From: Phoronis australis
Lineage: Eukaryota; Animalia; Phoronida
Length of the DNA stretch: 64,000 bases
Direction: 5' to 3'
Assembly: GCA_002633005.1 (NCBI GenBank)
Contig: NMRA01000148.1
Span: 372,001 to 436,000 of the forward strand
Below are positions 25,701 through 36,109 of the stretch, one piece after another. A model generated the notes under the pieces. It was not told the DNA's origin and did no database searches. It saw only the letters and a program-made list of their open reading frames with translations. Position numbers and translations under genes: made by a program. The stretch's first letter is position 1, and each line of letters starts with the position of its first letter.

Positions 25701-28700
25701 TAATGCCAGATGTTCGTAACCATAGAACTGCATAGAAATCCGGATTTTTTATGGAGATTGTCATTATTTCCACAAAAAGGCATTATTTTTATGTGCACAC
25801 ATATTTAAATGTTGATGCATTATGCTGTCATCCCCATCCGTCCAGCGTCCATTGCTCTATCTCCAAAACTCTTTGATGTATGTTCATGAAACTTAGCACA
25901 TGTGTTCCTTTCATGGATGGGACGGCATAAGCGAACCCTAGTGGCAATTTCAGTTTTTTTACGTTTACATATATCTTCAAATGTCCTCAATGAATTTTCA
26001 CAAAATTAGGTTTATTGGCATCTGTTAGTGAGATGACGCTATCCTTTTGTTTTCGGATGGATTGATGGTATTTTGCATCACCTGGTGGCCATTTTTGCGG
26101 CTTTTGAGTCTTGGCATCTGCTCCTCTATCAACCAAACCGTTCTGAGGATGATTGTGAAAATTGGCATGTATGTTCTTACTATGAAAAGGACTGCTGATG
26201 ATGATTTTCCGACGACTTTTACTACTGCGGCACCTCCTAGTGGCAGTTTTTTTTTTGCCCCCATGGCTATATCTCCTAAACCTTCTGTAGGATCTTTACT
26301 AAATTTAGCAAGTGTATTTATATGAAGTTGACAACGAACAACAACTTTCGAAAGGATTTGACTATCGGTGTACCCCATAGTGGGAATTTTAGTTTCTAAC
26401 GTTTACTTCAGTCTGTATCTTCAAAGGTCCTCAATGGATTTTCATAAAATTTGAAATATAGGCATCTATTGGTGAGATGACTTTATCCCATTTTCGGATG
26501 GTTTCAAGGTATTTTGCGCCACTTAGTGGCCATTTTTGCTGTTTTCAAGTCTGTTTTTTTGACATCCGCTCCTTTATCAACCAAACCATTCTAGAGTTGA
26601 ATTTGAAAATTGGCGTATATGTTCTCAGTGTGAAGAGGACGGTTGACAATGACGACTTTGACTACTGTGGTGCCTACTAGTGGCAGTTTTGTTTTATTTT
26701 GCGCCCATAGCTATATCTCCAAAACCTACTGCAGGATCTTTATTAAATTTTGTAAGTGTATTCATATGAAGTTAACGACAGATGACAACGACTTTCAGAT
26801 GGATCCGACGAACACTGTGCCCCCTAGTGGCAATTTCATTTTTCCGTTTTCCTTTGTTTCTGAAGTTCCGTGACAAATTTTTATGAAATTTGGTAAATAG
26901 CTTTCTATTAAAGAAACGATAGCATTTTCCCGTTTTCGGATGTTACCGACATATTTTGTGCGCCATCTAGTGGCCATTTTTATGATACAAATAAATAACC
27001 CTAGAAGCACACTGTTTGGTATGCATTCATGAGTGCATTTCACCGCTCCACGTTGCTCTTGTTCATATAATTTGCAAATTTTGTTTGTATATTCTATTAA
27101 CTAGTAAGAGTATCTGGGATTAAGCCTTTTAGCTTCATAACTCTTACATTACCTGATAGGGTTTTGGAAAATAGCTTATAGTATCTGAAAGTTTCGTATG
27201 AATTTGTACAGCCATTTCTGAGAAGTTTGCCAAATTTGGACATTTTTCTAATGTCTTGCATAACCTTAAGTTACTCGTCACAGTGATTTGGTTTTAGCTG
27301 TTAAAGCCTATTGCCATCGCGTAAATTCCAGGTTTGTTTGTGACAACTTTTAGTTAAAAGGATAAGTACGCAGCTGTGTTGCTTTGGAAGAACAAATAGT
27401 TGCACCTGTGTTTTGTTTTTGACACCAGAACACATTGTAACCGGTTTACAAATTGCTGGCACGATATTGACTGTTCAAAGTATAAGGAGGTGCAATTAAA
27501 AAAATGCCTTAGTCTGTAGATTTCATTTGTTCACAATATCTTGTGTAAACAAATAGTAAAACCAACATATATCGAGGTGGTCGTAAGCAAAGATATAACG
27601 CAATCTTTAAAATATGATATCACGGCTGACTTAATGGCTTGGTACAAGTACACTTTCCCTATTAAGCCATCATAGGCATACAAGTTGAAGGTCAATTTTG
27701 TTGATGGGTTTTCTCTACAAAAATTTTAACATTGATAAGGTAATACTATTGACTATTGAGGCGGATATATACGAGTGTGTTACGTAAGAATTTTTAAAAA
27801 GAAACAGCATTACGACGGCAGCGGTCAATATGAATAATCTGTTGTGGCTGCAGTTTTAAGTACTTCGAAATACTGACCACTGGTGAGATTAAAAATCCTG
27901 TGATAATGGTAATTGTCGCCATAATTGTCATAAAACTTGTCATTTGTTGCAAAGTGGAAAAGCACTGTTTTGCCTGTTATTTTTTGTTGGAAATACAGTT
28001 CAAGACGAAAGAAATCAGATTTCTAATTCTGTGAAGAGCAATAATTACTGGTAACAGGTGTTTGGGTGGCAAAATTCTAATTACAAAATGCCATAGCCAC
28101 TTTACTAATTTTGCTGTTGATTGGCCTTCATTCTCAGTCATGAGAGAAGGCTATTCTATGTTCTCTGACTATCTATGAATTCGGCTTTCGCCCAGTCGTC
28201 ATGACAGGGGGAACTCTAGGTCACTTTGTCTGAATACTTCTGACTTGTACTGTTAACTTCTGAATTTTATCTTAGCGTTGCACTCACCTGCTGTCTCAAC
28301 TTCTTGTTCTTCCAGCTGCTAACCTTGAGTGAAGATAGGCTGGAGTCCATGGGTCTTCCCAAAGGTGCTACGAGAAAACTGATCAAAGGGTTGGAAACTC
28401 TCAAGTAAGTATCTAGTCACCGAGTTCTTGTGAGAGTTATATATGTAGTTGTTGTTCCCGTGGTATTATATTTCAACCCTCCTAAAAGCCTACATTCATT
28501 CATTGTGGAAGCTTTGATAATAGTTTTATAAATTTTCCATTTTCAGATCCAAAAGAAACGTCAATGGGCTGGTCGGCATTCCTGCCGAGTCTCAGTCAAG
28601 ACCAGAATCCCCGCTTACCCCGCCGACAACATACCACACGCCACCTAGTCAGTCGGGCACTAGTCGGGCCGAGTCGGAAAACGGGTCTTCTGATTGCGGT

Positions 28701-31263
28701 CTGACAGCGAGCTCATCTTCTGAGAATGGGGAGGATATACCAGGTAATGATCAACAGCCAGGTGTGTTACTCCAGGACTGCTGAAAAAGCTCTGTTGACT
28801 AAGAGAGCTTGTCACTTACCACATATACATGGACTTGCTTATTTGCAAAACATAAGTAAAATCTGGGAGCAACTTTACTTGCATGGAAATGAAGGCTGAG
28901 GTATTGTTACGGTAGATCTGAAGATAAAGTTTTACGTTTAAAAAAATAAAGAAATATATTTTGTGGGAATGCAAATCATTTGTCAGAGTAAGACCATGTT
29001 TGAAAAGCACGTTTTATTTCAAGCATAAGTTCAGGGCCTAAATTTGGAGATGTATGGTAATGAGATACTGTAATATCACAGTTCTGTCCAACAGATGGCG
29101 TCGTGATGCTGCAGTTCACTTGTGCAGCTTTTGTCAGAATGCATTTTCTCTGGGGTAACCTAGTTGGATTGGGATTGTTGTTTTCTCCTAGAACATCAAA
29201 TTGCCATCAGGGTGTTTCCACTGACACGAAAACTGAATAGTCTATAAAAATTTCCTTGCTGACATTCTGTGTTAACAGCTCTCTTAACTTTGACAAATTT
29301 TTACCTGAATTGCTTCAGCAAACCTGTAAATTTATGTTTTTACTTCAGCTCATTGTTGCATTATTTGATGTGTTGTTTGCTTGTTTATCCCAGGTAAACC
29401 CCCACCAGCCATACGTCACATCCCTGTACCGCAGAAGTCAGCCAGTTTGCCTTCGATGCTGTCGCACGATGACGGTCGGTTATGTATATCCAACTCTCAG
29501 CAGGAGCTCCGTGGTGACATGGTGCATGTGCACATGCATCGTCCTCCTGCCCCGCCAAGCCCATCAGTCATGGGACCCAGGTTCCCCGTGCGCTCCCCTC
29601 TGCGACCTTCCAAACCACTAGTGCTACAAGTGGCCCCGCCCATGCAAGACCCGGCTATTGTACGACACGCTGCCGAGTTCACCACAAATATTGTCCTAGG
29701 GGCACCGCGTGATGCTGACCGACCACCAGAGACAATCACCCCAGTGTCCGTTTCTGTGGTGACAACATCGCACATGTTCAGCCCAACTCAGGTCACTGTC
29801 AGTAACTACAAACCAGCAGTGGTGATGCCCCGCCCCAGCTCACCCCCTCCCCCTCATCAGTCCTACCAGCAGATGCCCCAGCTGGTGCCCATGCCTCACC
29901 ATTTTAGCTATCCCCCGCCACCCATGTCTGCTGACCCGGGCTCTGTGATGCCTCCTGCACCCACTATTCAACACGCAGAACACGGGATTGCGCATGGATA
30001 CCCCGTGGGCAATAGTAGTAATCAGACAGGGTATAATAGTGACTCCGGCCTGCATTCAGCTTCCACTCACTACACTGGTGGCGTCCCTCACAATTCAAGT
30101 GTACCAGCGAGTTTAGGTGCATCGCAGGTTACCACAGCCACAGTTGTTACGTACGCCAGTGGTGGACACCCATTCGTTGCTCCACCCAGTGCTGCCCCAT
30201 CATACCATCAGTTTACATTGCCGCATGGTGTACCTCCCCCGCTGATGGCTCGGCATCACTGCCATGGCTGCTCTGGCAGCTGCCCAGGTAGCCAGCATCA
30301 ACCCTATATATCTGGTCAGGTTGTGCACTACCCAGCTTTCATACCCACATCCAATGGACTGATCTCACCCGGCATGCCAAACATCAACCCTGGCCATGTA
30401 GCCACTGTGAATGGGATGGTTTCCCACATGAGAGGTGTGCCACTTCACCCGTTCTTTAGGCCACCCCCACCCAAGGGCCGGATCCTCGAGTGCTTCAACT
30501 GTGGCCAGACAGGGCATCACGGCTCAGAATGTAAGGAGCAGACGATGGACAAAGTGACCTATGGTGGTGAGTCACACGTGTGTGGTTGTGTGATGGTATA
30601 TAATTATTGTGACCCAGTCGGTGTCTCCTTGAAACTAGGAGCTGCAATTTAAGTTTTCCACACTGTATGTCAACAGTTTTCTTCTAGCCTGTCAAACGCT
30701 CGGTGTTTGCCTTGATTTTATGTATTTTGGAACATCTTTGCAGTCATGTTGATATTTTTCTGTAAGCTGTTCAAGTCACTAAATAGAAAAGGAATGGAAT
30801 GTTCCTTGGTGAAACTTGTTCTTGTGGTGGCCTTTAGGTTGTGCACTTTTCTACACTAGGCAAAATTAAAAGTGAATCAATCTTAATTTGCTTGTTCTGG
30901 AGTCTGTTTCATGACAAGTGAGACATTTGGTCTCACTCTCCACACAACTATTTTTTGAAAAATAGTTAAAATCTCACTTGAGCAACAAATGTCTATGAGA
31001 ATGCATCCACTAACTCCTAGGTATTTTGGTGATTTATATAAATTATTACTAGGTTGTGATATTCTGATAATTACATGATTAATATTCAGTAATTGCAAAA
31101 TGGTAGCACAAGACCATCACCAAATTTCTGTCTTGAATCTTAAATCACTTTCATGAAACAGACCTCTGGAAATGGGAGTCATTATCTATCTAATAACTCA
31201 ATTTTAGGGTTTTTTCTTTTAGGTATGTACCATATGAAATTTGCCGAGGAAGAAGAAAAGTGA
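7708..31263 (+). CDS. ZCCHC14: ZCCHC14/ZCCHC2-like (GLS-1 family) RNA-binding protein, about 935 aa. Exons 7708-8196, 8494-8572, 11989-12062, 16756-16827, 17413-17479, 18265-18337, 19006-19109, 19413-19496, 20962-21034, 21853-22045, 28316-28404, 28547-28743, 29394-30566, 31223-31263
   Basis: N-terminus [31 protein letters not shown]. PX-like domain VTWSNDRVTTVSRTFAELHNFHVQLVKLFPNEAG..ERKIPYL...ALSSMPEHLIQCGHVTNFF. SAM domain VRDWLTSVHLSKYSPHL../LLTLSEDRLESMGLPKGATRKL. Pro-rich region, zinc knuckle CFNCGQTGHHGSEC, and terminal GMYHMKFAEEEEK*. All 13 introns are GT-AG with consistent phase, 2808 nt total. Likely the single pro-orthologue of vertebrate ZCCHC2 and ZCCHC14. Confidence 0.88.
8990..10570 (-). 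pseudogene. Decayed APE-type LINE reverse transcriptase fragment in a ZCCHC14 intron
   Basis: YRGINLLS-like segment, DEQNGFR...FIDMQKAFDWV and LFYADDIVVL (about 9940-9968), broken by stops and frameshifts. Confidence 0.8.
13249..13510 (+). pseudogene. THAP (C2CH) zinc-finger remnant
   Basis: MP..(frameshift)CIVPACLNYEAAKKAGVSFFRLP*DPKMLRKWLEVAK...LLVCGRHFVDSDF shows the THAP C-x-C, FP, W and C-x2-HF signature, with one stop codon. Confidence 0.8.
14700..16400 (+). repeat. Interspersed element with internal ~146-bp tandem units (Helentron/HINE-like), copy 1
   Basis: tgccccctagtggc-like motif recurs at about 15055, 15200, 15349, 15495, 15640, 15787, 15933, 16073 and 16216, with three-unit (~440 bp) higher-order structure. 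T-rich start and tccgtcc motifs. Homologous to 25786-27050. Confidence 0.75.
19878..20690. mobile_element. PIF/Harbinger-type (Tourist-like) MITE
   Basis: TAA|GGGCTGTTCCAGTAAAATCCGTGTGGG ... CCCATACAGATTTTGCTGGAACAGCCC|TAA: ~27-bp TIRs and a TAA target duplication. Confidence 0.85.
21302..21406. repeat. 33-bp minisatellite, 3 copies plus a partial copy
   Basis: (tgcttgaagccacgctctgaacatcaagttatc)x3 with one substitution. Confidence 0.95.
22100..25628 (-). mobile_element. 5'-truncated RLE-type (HERO-like, R2 group) non-LTR retrotransposon, antisense in ZCCHC14 intron 10
   Basis: Open frame from about 25628 (LIPK...FRPITL, start of RT) to the stop at 22440, followed by a ~300-bp putative 3' UTR. 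The 3' boundary is approximate and no clear TSD was seen. Confidence 0.88.
22440..25586 (-). CDS. Retrotransposon polyprotein (N-terminally truncated): RT, CCHC, RLE endonuclease, USP/peptidase C19 domain
   Basis: RT: QKGF, GCLEH, WIDLANAYGSV, GLFQGCPLS, YADD (about 25050-25061), KFLG. CCHC: CNLC-x7-HILNNC. RLE: YTWRHDQV, RPDIVLWS, IELTIP.E, RKRMKY, PVEVGSRG. USP: GLCNVGNTCFVNSTLQ, QQDAHEFL, CNNC..CPHC, PKYLCIHILR, AVIEHHG...GGHYTCCVK...W..FDDSTV...AYIAIYE. Confidence 0.93.
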   Translation of the reverse strand: MFRPITLTNTVGKIFFTKIAHRLMKFLCSNGFINTSIQKGFMEKVAGCLEHTETLSSILNDAKKRNKPLSVAWIDLANAYGSVSHNLIQFALDRYHVPEAIKQIIYAYYDELFVRIRTKEWTTNWIRYSIGLFQGCPLSVVLFLAAFNLGLEMIDKEKQNGYKLKFTKQTFHQLVYADDLTIIATNPKDCQSMIQKLEQFLTWSRTMKAKPCKCKSLAFRGGTTFQPYDPQMSIQNTKMPYIHQEPMKFLGKTIFKNLKDTEIRNKLETKLNTLLEILDKDSTNGPTKAWIYNNGVVPRITWEFTVYDFPLSFAKKLERICTKYLKQWLGISKMSTNTVLYRSKEHLGLGMTSLTTHLKKMQVVKFHINKYANDPEARKLYMGKVKQFFTSKRWNGIKELEERERDIVLNEICNSISHNDRKGLGYNTNNRKFVKNMTTKEHRASITKRIKEVDENKALLYLYSCAKQGLWLRWDVVMSLDVSWSKSLYAWNPSLLAFRLNAIHDVLPTPANLHLWKQSPSERCNLCRTAKGTLHHILNNCTVALNNGRYTWRHDQVLAIIFDAINVVVQHPPKPITETAIRFKSKNGLYFDNNRTEPKFKEQTHFLAKTNDWKLIKDCTETPLIFPSEITDSALRPDIVLWSIQAKIAVLIELTIPAEDNMESAHLRKRMKYTNLVEECKNAGWQTVLFPVEVGSRGFIYKSLKKLMNFLEVPKEIKKQAYQTASQTALRCSYTIYLSRNNKQFTEWQLCNISKPKIETQLATSSSPISRKTNEKSTKDKRFGLCNVGNTCFVNSTLQAIFSCNLNWHKYNINKKNNMKTILVNTYEATKRYTSTPSEILNKLRLQNNSLGNGSQQDAHEFLLWLLNQWHVDTLAHNADNVTSEVTSTFQHVKKQTRSCNNCTTTKEKTQIDWELTVYLPTLRKEITMQELWHSLWTSLDIEDFSCPHCNSLSGQLTWSLVKPPKYLCIHILRTATNGEKINTKISSYDLSGYKIKAVIEHHGRKTTGGHYTCCVKSSAWEWINFDDSTVTSTSKPPPDAYIAIYEL
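25786..27050 (+). repeat. Interspersed element with internal ~146-bp tandem units, copy 2
   Basis: Same start (tttttatgtgcacacatattt...tgctgtcatc...tgctctatctccaaaa) and same unit series as 14700-16400. ctagtggc-like motifs at about 25935, 26077, 26228, 26370, 26516, 26668, 26817 and 26960. Confidence 0.75.
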
Positions 31264-34200
31264 GGCACACAATAAGCAGTGTGTTCATGTGACTGGGCTT
31301 CCCCTGACCTAGCTATGAAGTGTCTTTCTTTTAGGCTGTCGATTTTAACGAGACATTTTACGGCTGCTACCCGAGTTGAAATTATGGATTTACACCATTG
31401 TTGCTGTACAAAAGTTTGGAGTTTGTTTTCGCTGTTTCAATCATGTGCCACATTTCAACTGAAGAGAATGGCGAAGACATATTTTAACGTCCTGAATGAT
31501 TGTGTGGCTTCAGTTGGGCCAACAGATGTCGCCTGTGTGAGATTTTGTTTTATGTTAAGATGTAGTTCTCTTATTGAGTCTGTATTGATATTTAATTGGG
31601 TGGCCAGTTATTTCTGTCAAATGCCTTGGTTGAAATGAACTCATATTTGTGTTACATTTGTGTGAAGTGTTGTTGAAATTCTGCGTGCCATGTGTTACTA
31701 CTAAGACATTTCCTTGTAAAAGATGTCGAGCTCGTTTTATCAGAAGTCTAGTCGCAGTTAAGACGGTCTGAGGCAAGTTGCAAACGTGATGCTGCGTTTT
31801 TATAAGAGTGAAATGCTGTCTGAAACCAAACGATGATTGTAGATGTATTTGCATGCTCCTAACTATGCTAATGTACAGCAAGAACTAAACGACATTGCTA
31901 TTTGAACATCATCTACTCTAAACAAAAAGCAGCTGTATTCATTGACAACTTGTAAATGTGAAAACAAAAAAATCTGCAAATAGGTTACCTTTGCACAAAT
32001 GACGTAGCCTATCTTGGGGGGCTCACATAGCCCGCATCATGCAGTGTTTTTCCCCCACATCACGGTACTGGACACTGTGGAGTGACTTACAGCGGACGAT
32101 TTTCGACACAAAACTCATTCTTAAAAACATTTCGCAATTTTCAACATACTACATAATCACATAATGACTATTTTGTGTTTCTAACGAATTTGACAAAGCA
32201 ATCACATAGATAAGGAATTAACATGCAAGTTTCACTTTAAATCCCACTCAGCGGAGTTCTTGCTCAATCAGCAATTGTCTGAGAATATTCATCGAAGGGA
32301 ATAGCAGTTTTTGAAAAATAATATATAATCAACAGATGTCCATAGTGAATCATCTCGCAAACAAAGTCGAGGGGTAGTTTTTCGGGTGGCTTACATCACT
32401 CCACGAGCCTTGTTGAGGAACTGTGTGCAAATTAAAATGGAAGTTCTGTCCGTCTTGGCGGAGATTGGATTTGTGACCTTTGATAAAACCAGCTCATAAG
32501 AACTAAACCGACCATTTCATGTAAAACTGGTCAGACAACCACATATTCTCAGCGCCTGTAATTACTCGAGTCTAACTTTAAAGTTGCAATTGTTATGTTT
32601 GTGCAATATTTACGGATCTGTGAAACCATCTGTTTGTACAGCTGGTAACTGTATCAGTTGAGGTTATCACTCAAGGGTGTGTAAGTTGAGAAAATAGGAT
32701 GAGCCGCTGGATGTCTTGCTATGCACGGTCAATTCGAAGTTAATTCTTCATAATGCGAGCTTGGATGTTTACTCGGGAAGATTGCGCGACAGCTCTTGAG
32801 CTTGTTGTTTCGGAACGAGACTAGTGGAACATGTAATTCCACTCATTCTGTTCATGTAGTCGCAATTCAGCAAATTGTGTTCGTTGAGGAACTAAAATCC
32901 TTCATAGGCAGGAACTATGTGGTTGTGTAACTTATGACGAAAAATAATTATTAGCATATTCAGGGTGCGTCAAGATGACCATTGATGTTAACTCAAACAG
33001 ATGTGGTAACTTAACCCTTGTAAGAACAATAGTTAACTTAATAAGTGACACCCATACTCTTGTTGATAACTTTTATAGCATTTTCATACACGTTCCCATT
33101 TAGATATTTTGAAAACGAAGAGTATTAAACCATTTTTCAGTGTAGTCAGTCACAATTTTATCTGCTGGCCAACTGGTATGATGTCTGCCGCATTGGTCTG
33201 TATTTTCAGTGTAGGAACTCCAGCAGTTGCCATTCACGTTCATCAGATAGCCTTTTGTTTATTCATGTGGCTCATGCTACCTTTTGTGGGCAAGTTGACA
33301 AAAAAGCTAATGAATTTGTTGCAATTTTCTCCCGTTGGTGACAAACAAATCCTTTGAAAAAGGTTTACAAGTGGAGTTCTTCAATTGCGTCAGCATTAGG
33401 TTTGATTTAATTTATTAAGTGCTTCTTAAAATGTGATATATAATGAAAACTGATAATCTTATGCCAGCTGTGCCAAGGTTTTACTGGAGACTCGGTTTGA
33501 TTCCACACCACCTTCATTTTTGCTGTCCCAATTGCAAGTTGAACAAGTATCACATAGGATTTCCTCATGAAGCTTGCTACCCTGGAAGCCTAAAGATGAT
33601 CTTGTTATCTGGCAATTCACGTGTGCCAAAGCAGACAGCACAAGATAACATTGGAGATACTGCCTCATAGTTAGTGTAGCACTGTCTTTATAAATATTTT
33701 GGTTTCGTCAGTAGAGTATATAGCCTTCTGTTACAATGAAAATCTATTTGTACTCATCAACTCGCGTCTTCTTTTACATGCAAGTCAACTTTTAATTGTA
33801 TCTCCAGCATGCAGTTGGAATACATTCAGTTTGTCATGTATATATTCATTTTGCATTACTGGTTTATTACACTAGATCGCCCCGGATTTCAAATAGCAGG
33901 GAACTTGCAAACCCGTATCTTTTTACCGGTGTCATTTTATTCTGCCCACCCTCTTTATTTCTTGGCTCTTGTGAAAATTTATTTTCTATGGATTGGTAAG
34001 GTCCAAAAAATCATCTCAAACACAAACTATGTCGGCAAATGACAATTTTATTGATTATTTAATTCTCGTTTTTAATGATAATTGAGCAAGAAATTTGAAT
34101 GGGTAGCTATAATCATGTTTCCACTGTCTTGACATACTCTATTATTTGCATGTTTTACTGGGAAGCAGAATGATAGTTTGTAAAAAGCATTTTAAGTTAA

Positions 34201-34313
34201 GTCTTGTATATATAAATTGCAATAGTGCCGAGTATGTTTCTATGGTAACAGTGGTTCAACCCTGTATCAGGAGCTAAATCATTCATGTGATGTGTACATT
34301 GAATATATTATCC

Positions 34314-34319
34314 AATAAA
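34314..34319 (+). terminator. Candidate polyadenylation signal of the ZCCHC14-like gene (implies a ~3-kb 3' UTR)
   Basis: AATAAA preceded by TGTA elements (TGTATATA at 34205, TGTACAT at about 34293). The region 31264-34320 appears free of repeats. Confidence 0.4.
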
Positions 34320-36109
34320 GGAATGAATCATACATGTATTTTCTAATAGCTGTATACTCATTCTCTAGGTATATGATCGAAACAACTTTGACCAATGTCG
34401 CAGCACCAGGTAGACTCGGACCACTGTTCACTCAACTGTTTGTGACAAGAGTGCAAATCCAGAGGGGCCTGATAAGGGGCATACCATATTCCAATAAAAA
34501 GAAACAGTACGATTGCTGGGGGGGTTCGCACTCCCTGAACCCAACTTTGAGTCTACCTGTGACACTAAGGCCAATAACTCACTTTAAAAACAACTGGTTT
34601 TAGTTAATGAAATCTCATTTTGTTCCGTAGGTAAGGAATGATTTCTAGGTTTGAGAAAAACTGACGAGCATTTATTGCTCAAGACCAGGGGCCTGTTCCA
34701 GCAAAAGTGCCTTAGTTAAGACAAATCTAAACTTTTGTATTATTTTGATATGAATTTCATATATGTCTCCAAACTTACCAGATATGGAAGTTTCAAAGTC
34801 TGGAAGTTACTACAAATCTTAGACGTTTAAAGTAAAAAATGAACTTAAGTCAGTTTCTTGTAATGGGCCCCACGTCCCTTTTAGTGGGCAATGAGCAATG
34901 CCAAGGTGGGCTCAACTTTCCGTCACCAAGGCAGTAATGGTTGCCATGGGAATTCCATGCAATTTATCATCACAATCCAAACAAAGGATAATAATGCGTT
35001 GCTCTGGAAGATCAAAATACACCGCACTACGAAGGAAGTTTCTTTAGAACCATAACATGTTTCATGTGATGTGGGTTCTGGAGGACGAACCAAATTTCAA
35101 GAAATGAGTACTTGAAATATTACAAAGCGCAAATGTAACTGAATCTGGCATGTTCTTTGTTTTGAAAGTAAAAGCTTTTTGCACATAAGTGCTAATATTA
35201 TATATGGAGGAACTGAACATTTGCAGTACTTCATTCAGCAAACAGTACGATTTGGATATTAAGCAAAAGAAAAATCTATAATTTGTTGCCTCATAAAATT
35301 GATTGGATTCTTAGTCTCACGCAGTGCTAATTAGAGGAATTTGAAACCGCGAACTTCAAAATGAAACGTGTGAACTTAACAACGATGAATCCTGTTGAAG
35401 CAATCAATGAGCTACACTCGCTACATATTAGGAACTCAAAATTACGTTATTACAAAAGGAAAATGTGTTCCAGACCAAAACACAAACCAAAACGATGGTT
35501 TTCAAAGGTGGCGATGCATGGGGCTTTAACAATACACTTTCTTCAATTTTAGCCAAGTTCTACCTGACAAATGACATCACAAAGATAAGCAAACTTGCAC
35601 ATGCTCATCCCCGAGGTGTAAACTAATATGACTATTGCATCAGGACAAACATGAACTTCTGCAACAAGCTTGCTTTGTTTTAAATTTCCATTAGTCAGAA
35701 AAACTTATTAGTTCTGAAATGGAGTAGTTAATATTTCCAATTTTCCACGATTGCACTATTTCCCGAGTAGTACAGCTAGGCTGGAATTTCGGGTTCTTAC
35801 CACCGTCTTGAACTTTAAGCCAAAAATAGCTTAACTGGTTCAGAGCTATTCTTTTTCAAAATTTATGCGACGCGTTTTAGTTGTACATATATTCAAAAGG
35901 AGAAAATCACCAAATGTCAGTTGAAATGGGCCAGGATCCTTATCTTTTACCTAGCGCCACCTCACTGGCTGTAAATTAGTTTGAAATTTCAGAATTTTTA
36001 AGCCTGCGAAAGTGCTACTCTATAACTCGAATTATTCAACTACACCAGTGCTGGGCAATTCTTTAACGAGTCAGATACACTTGATAATGGCGCAAGGTAA
36101 CAAACATGG

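Noticed and set aside
29381-30652. 423-aa ORF as a stand-alone gene
   Set aside because: It is exon 13 of the ZCCHC14-like gene (acceptor 29393, donor 30567). The ORF ends are intron read-through.
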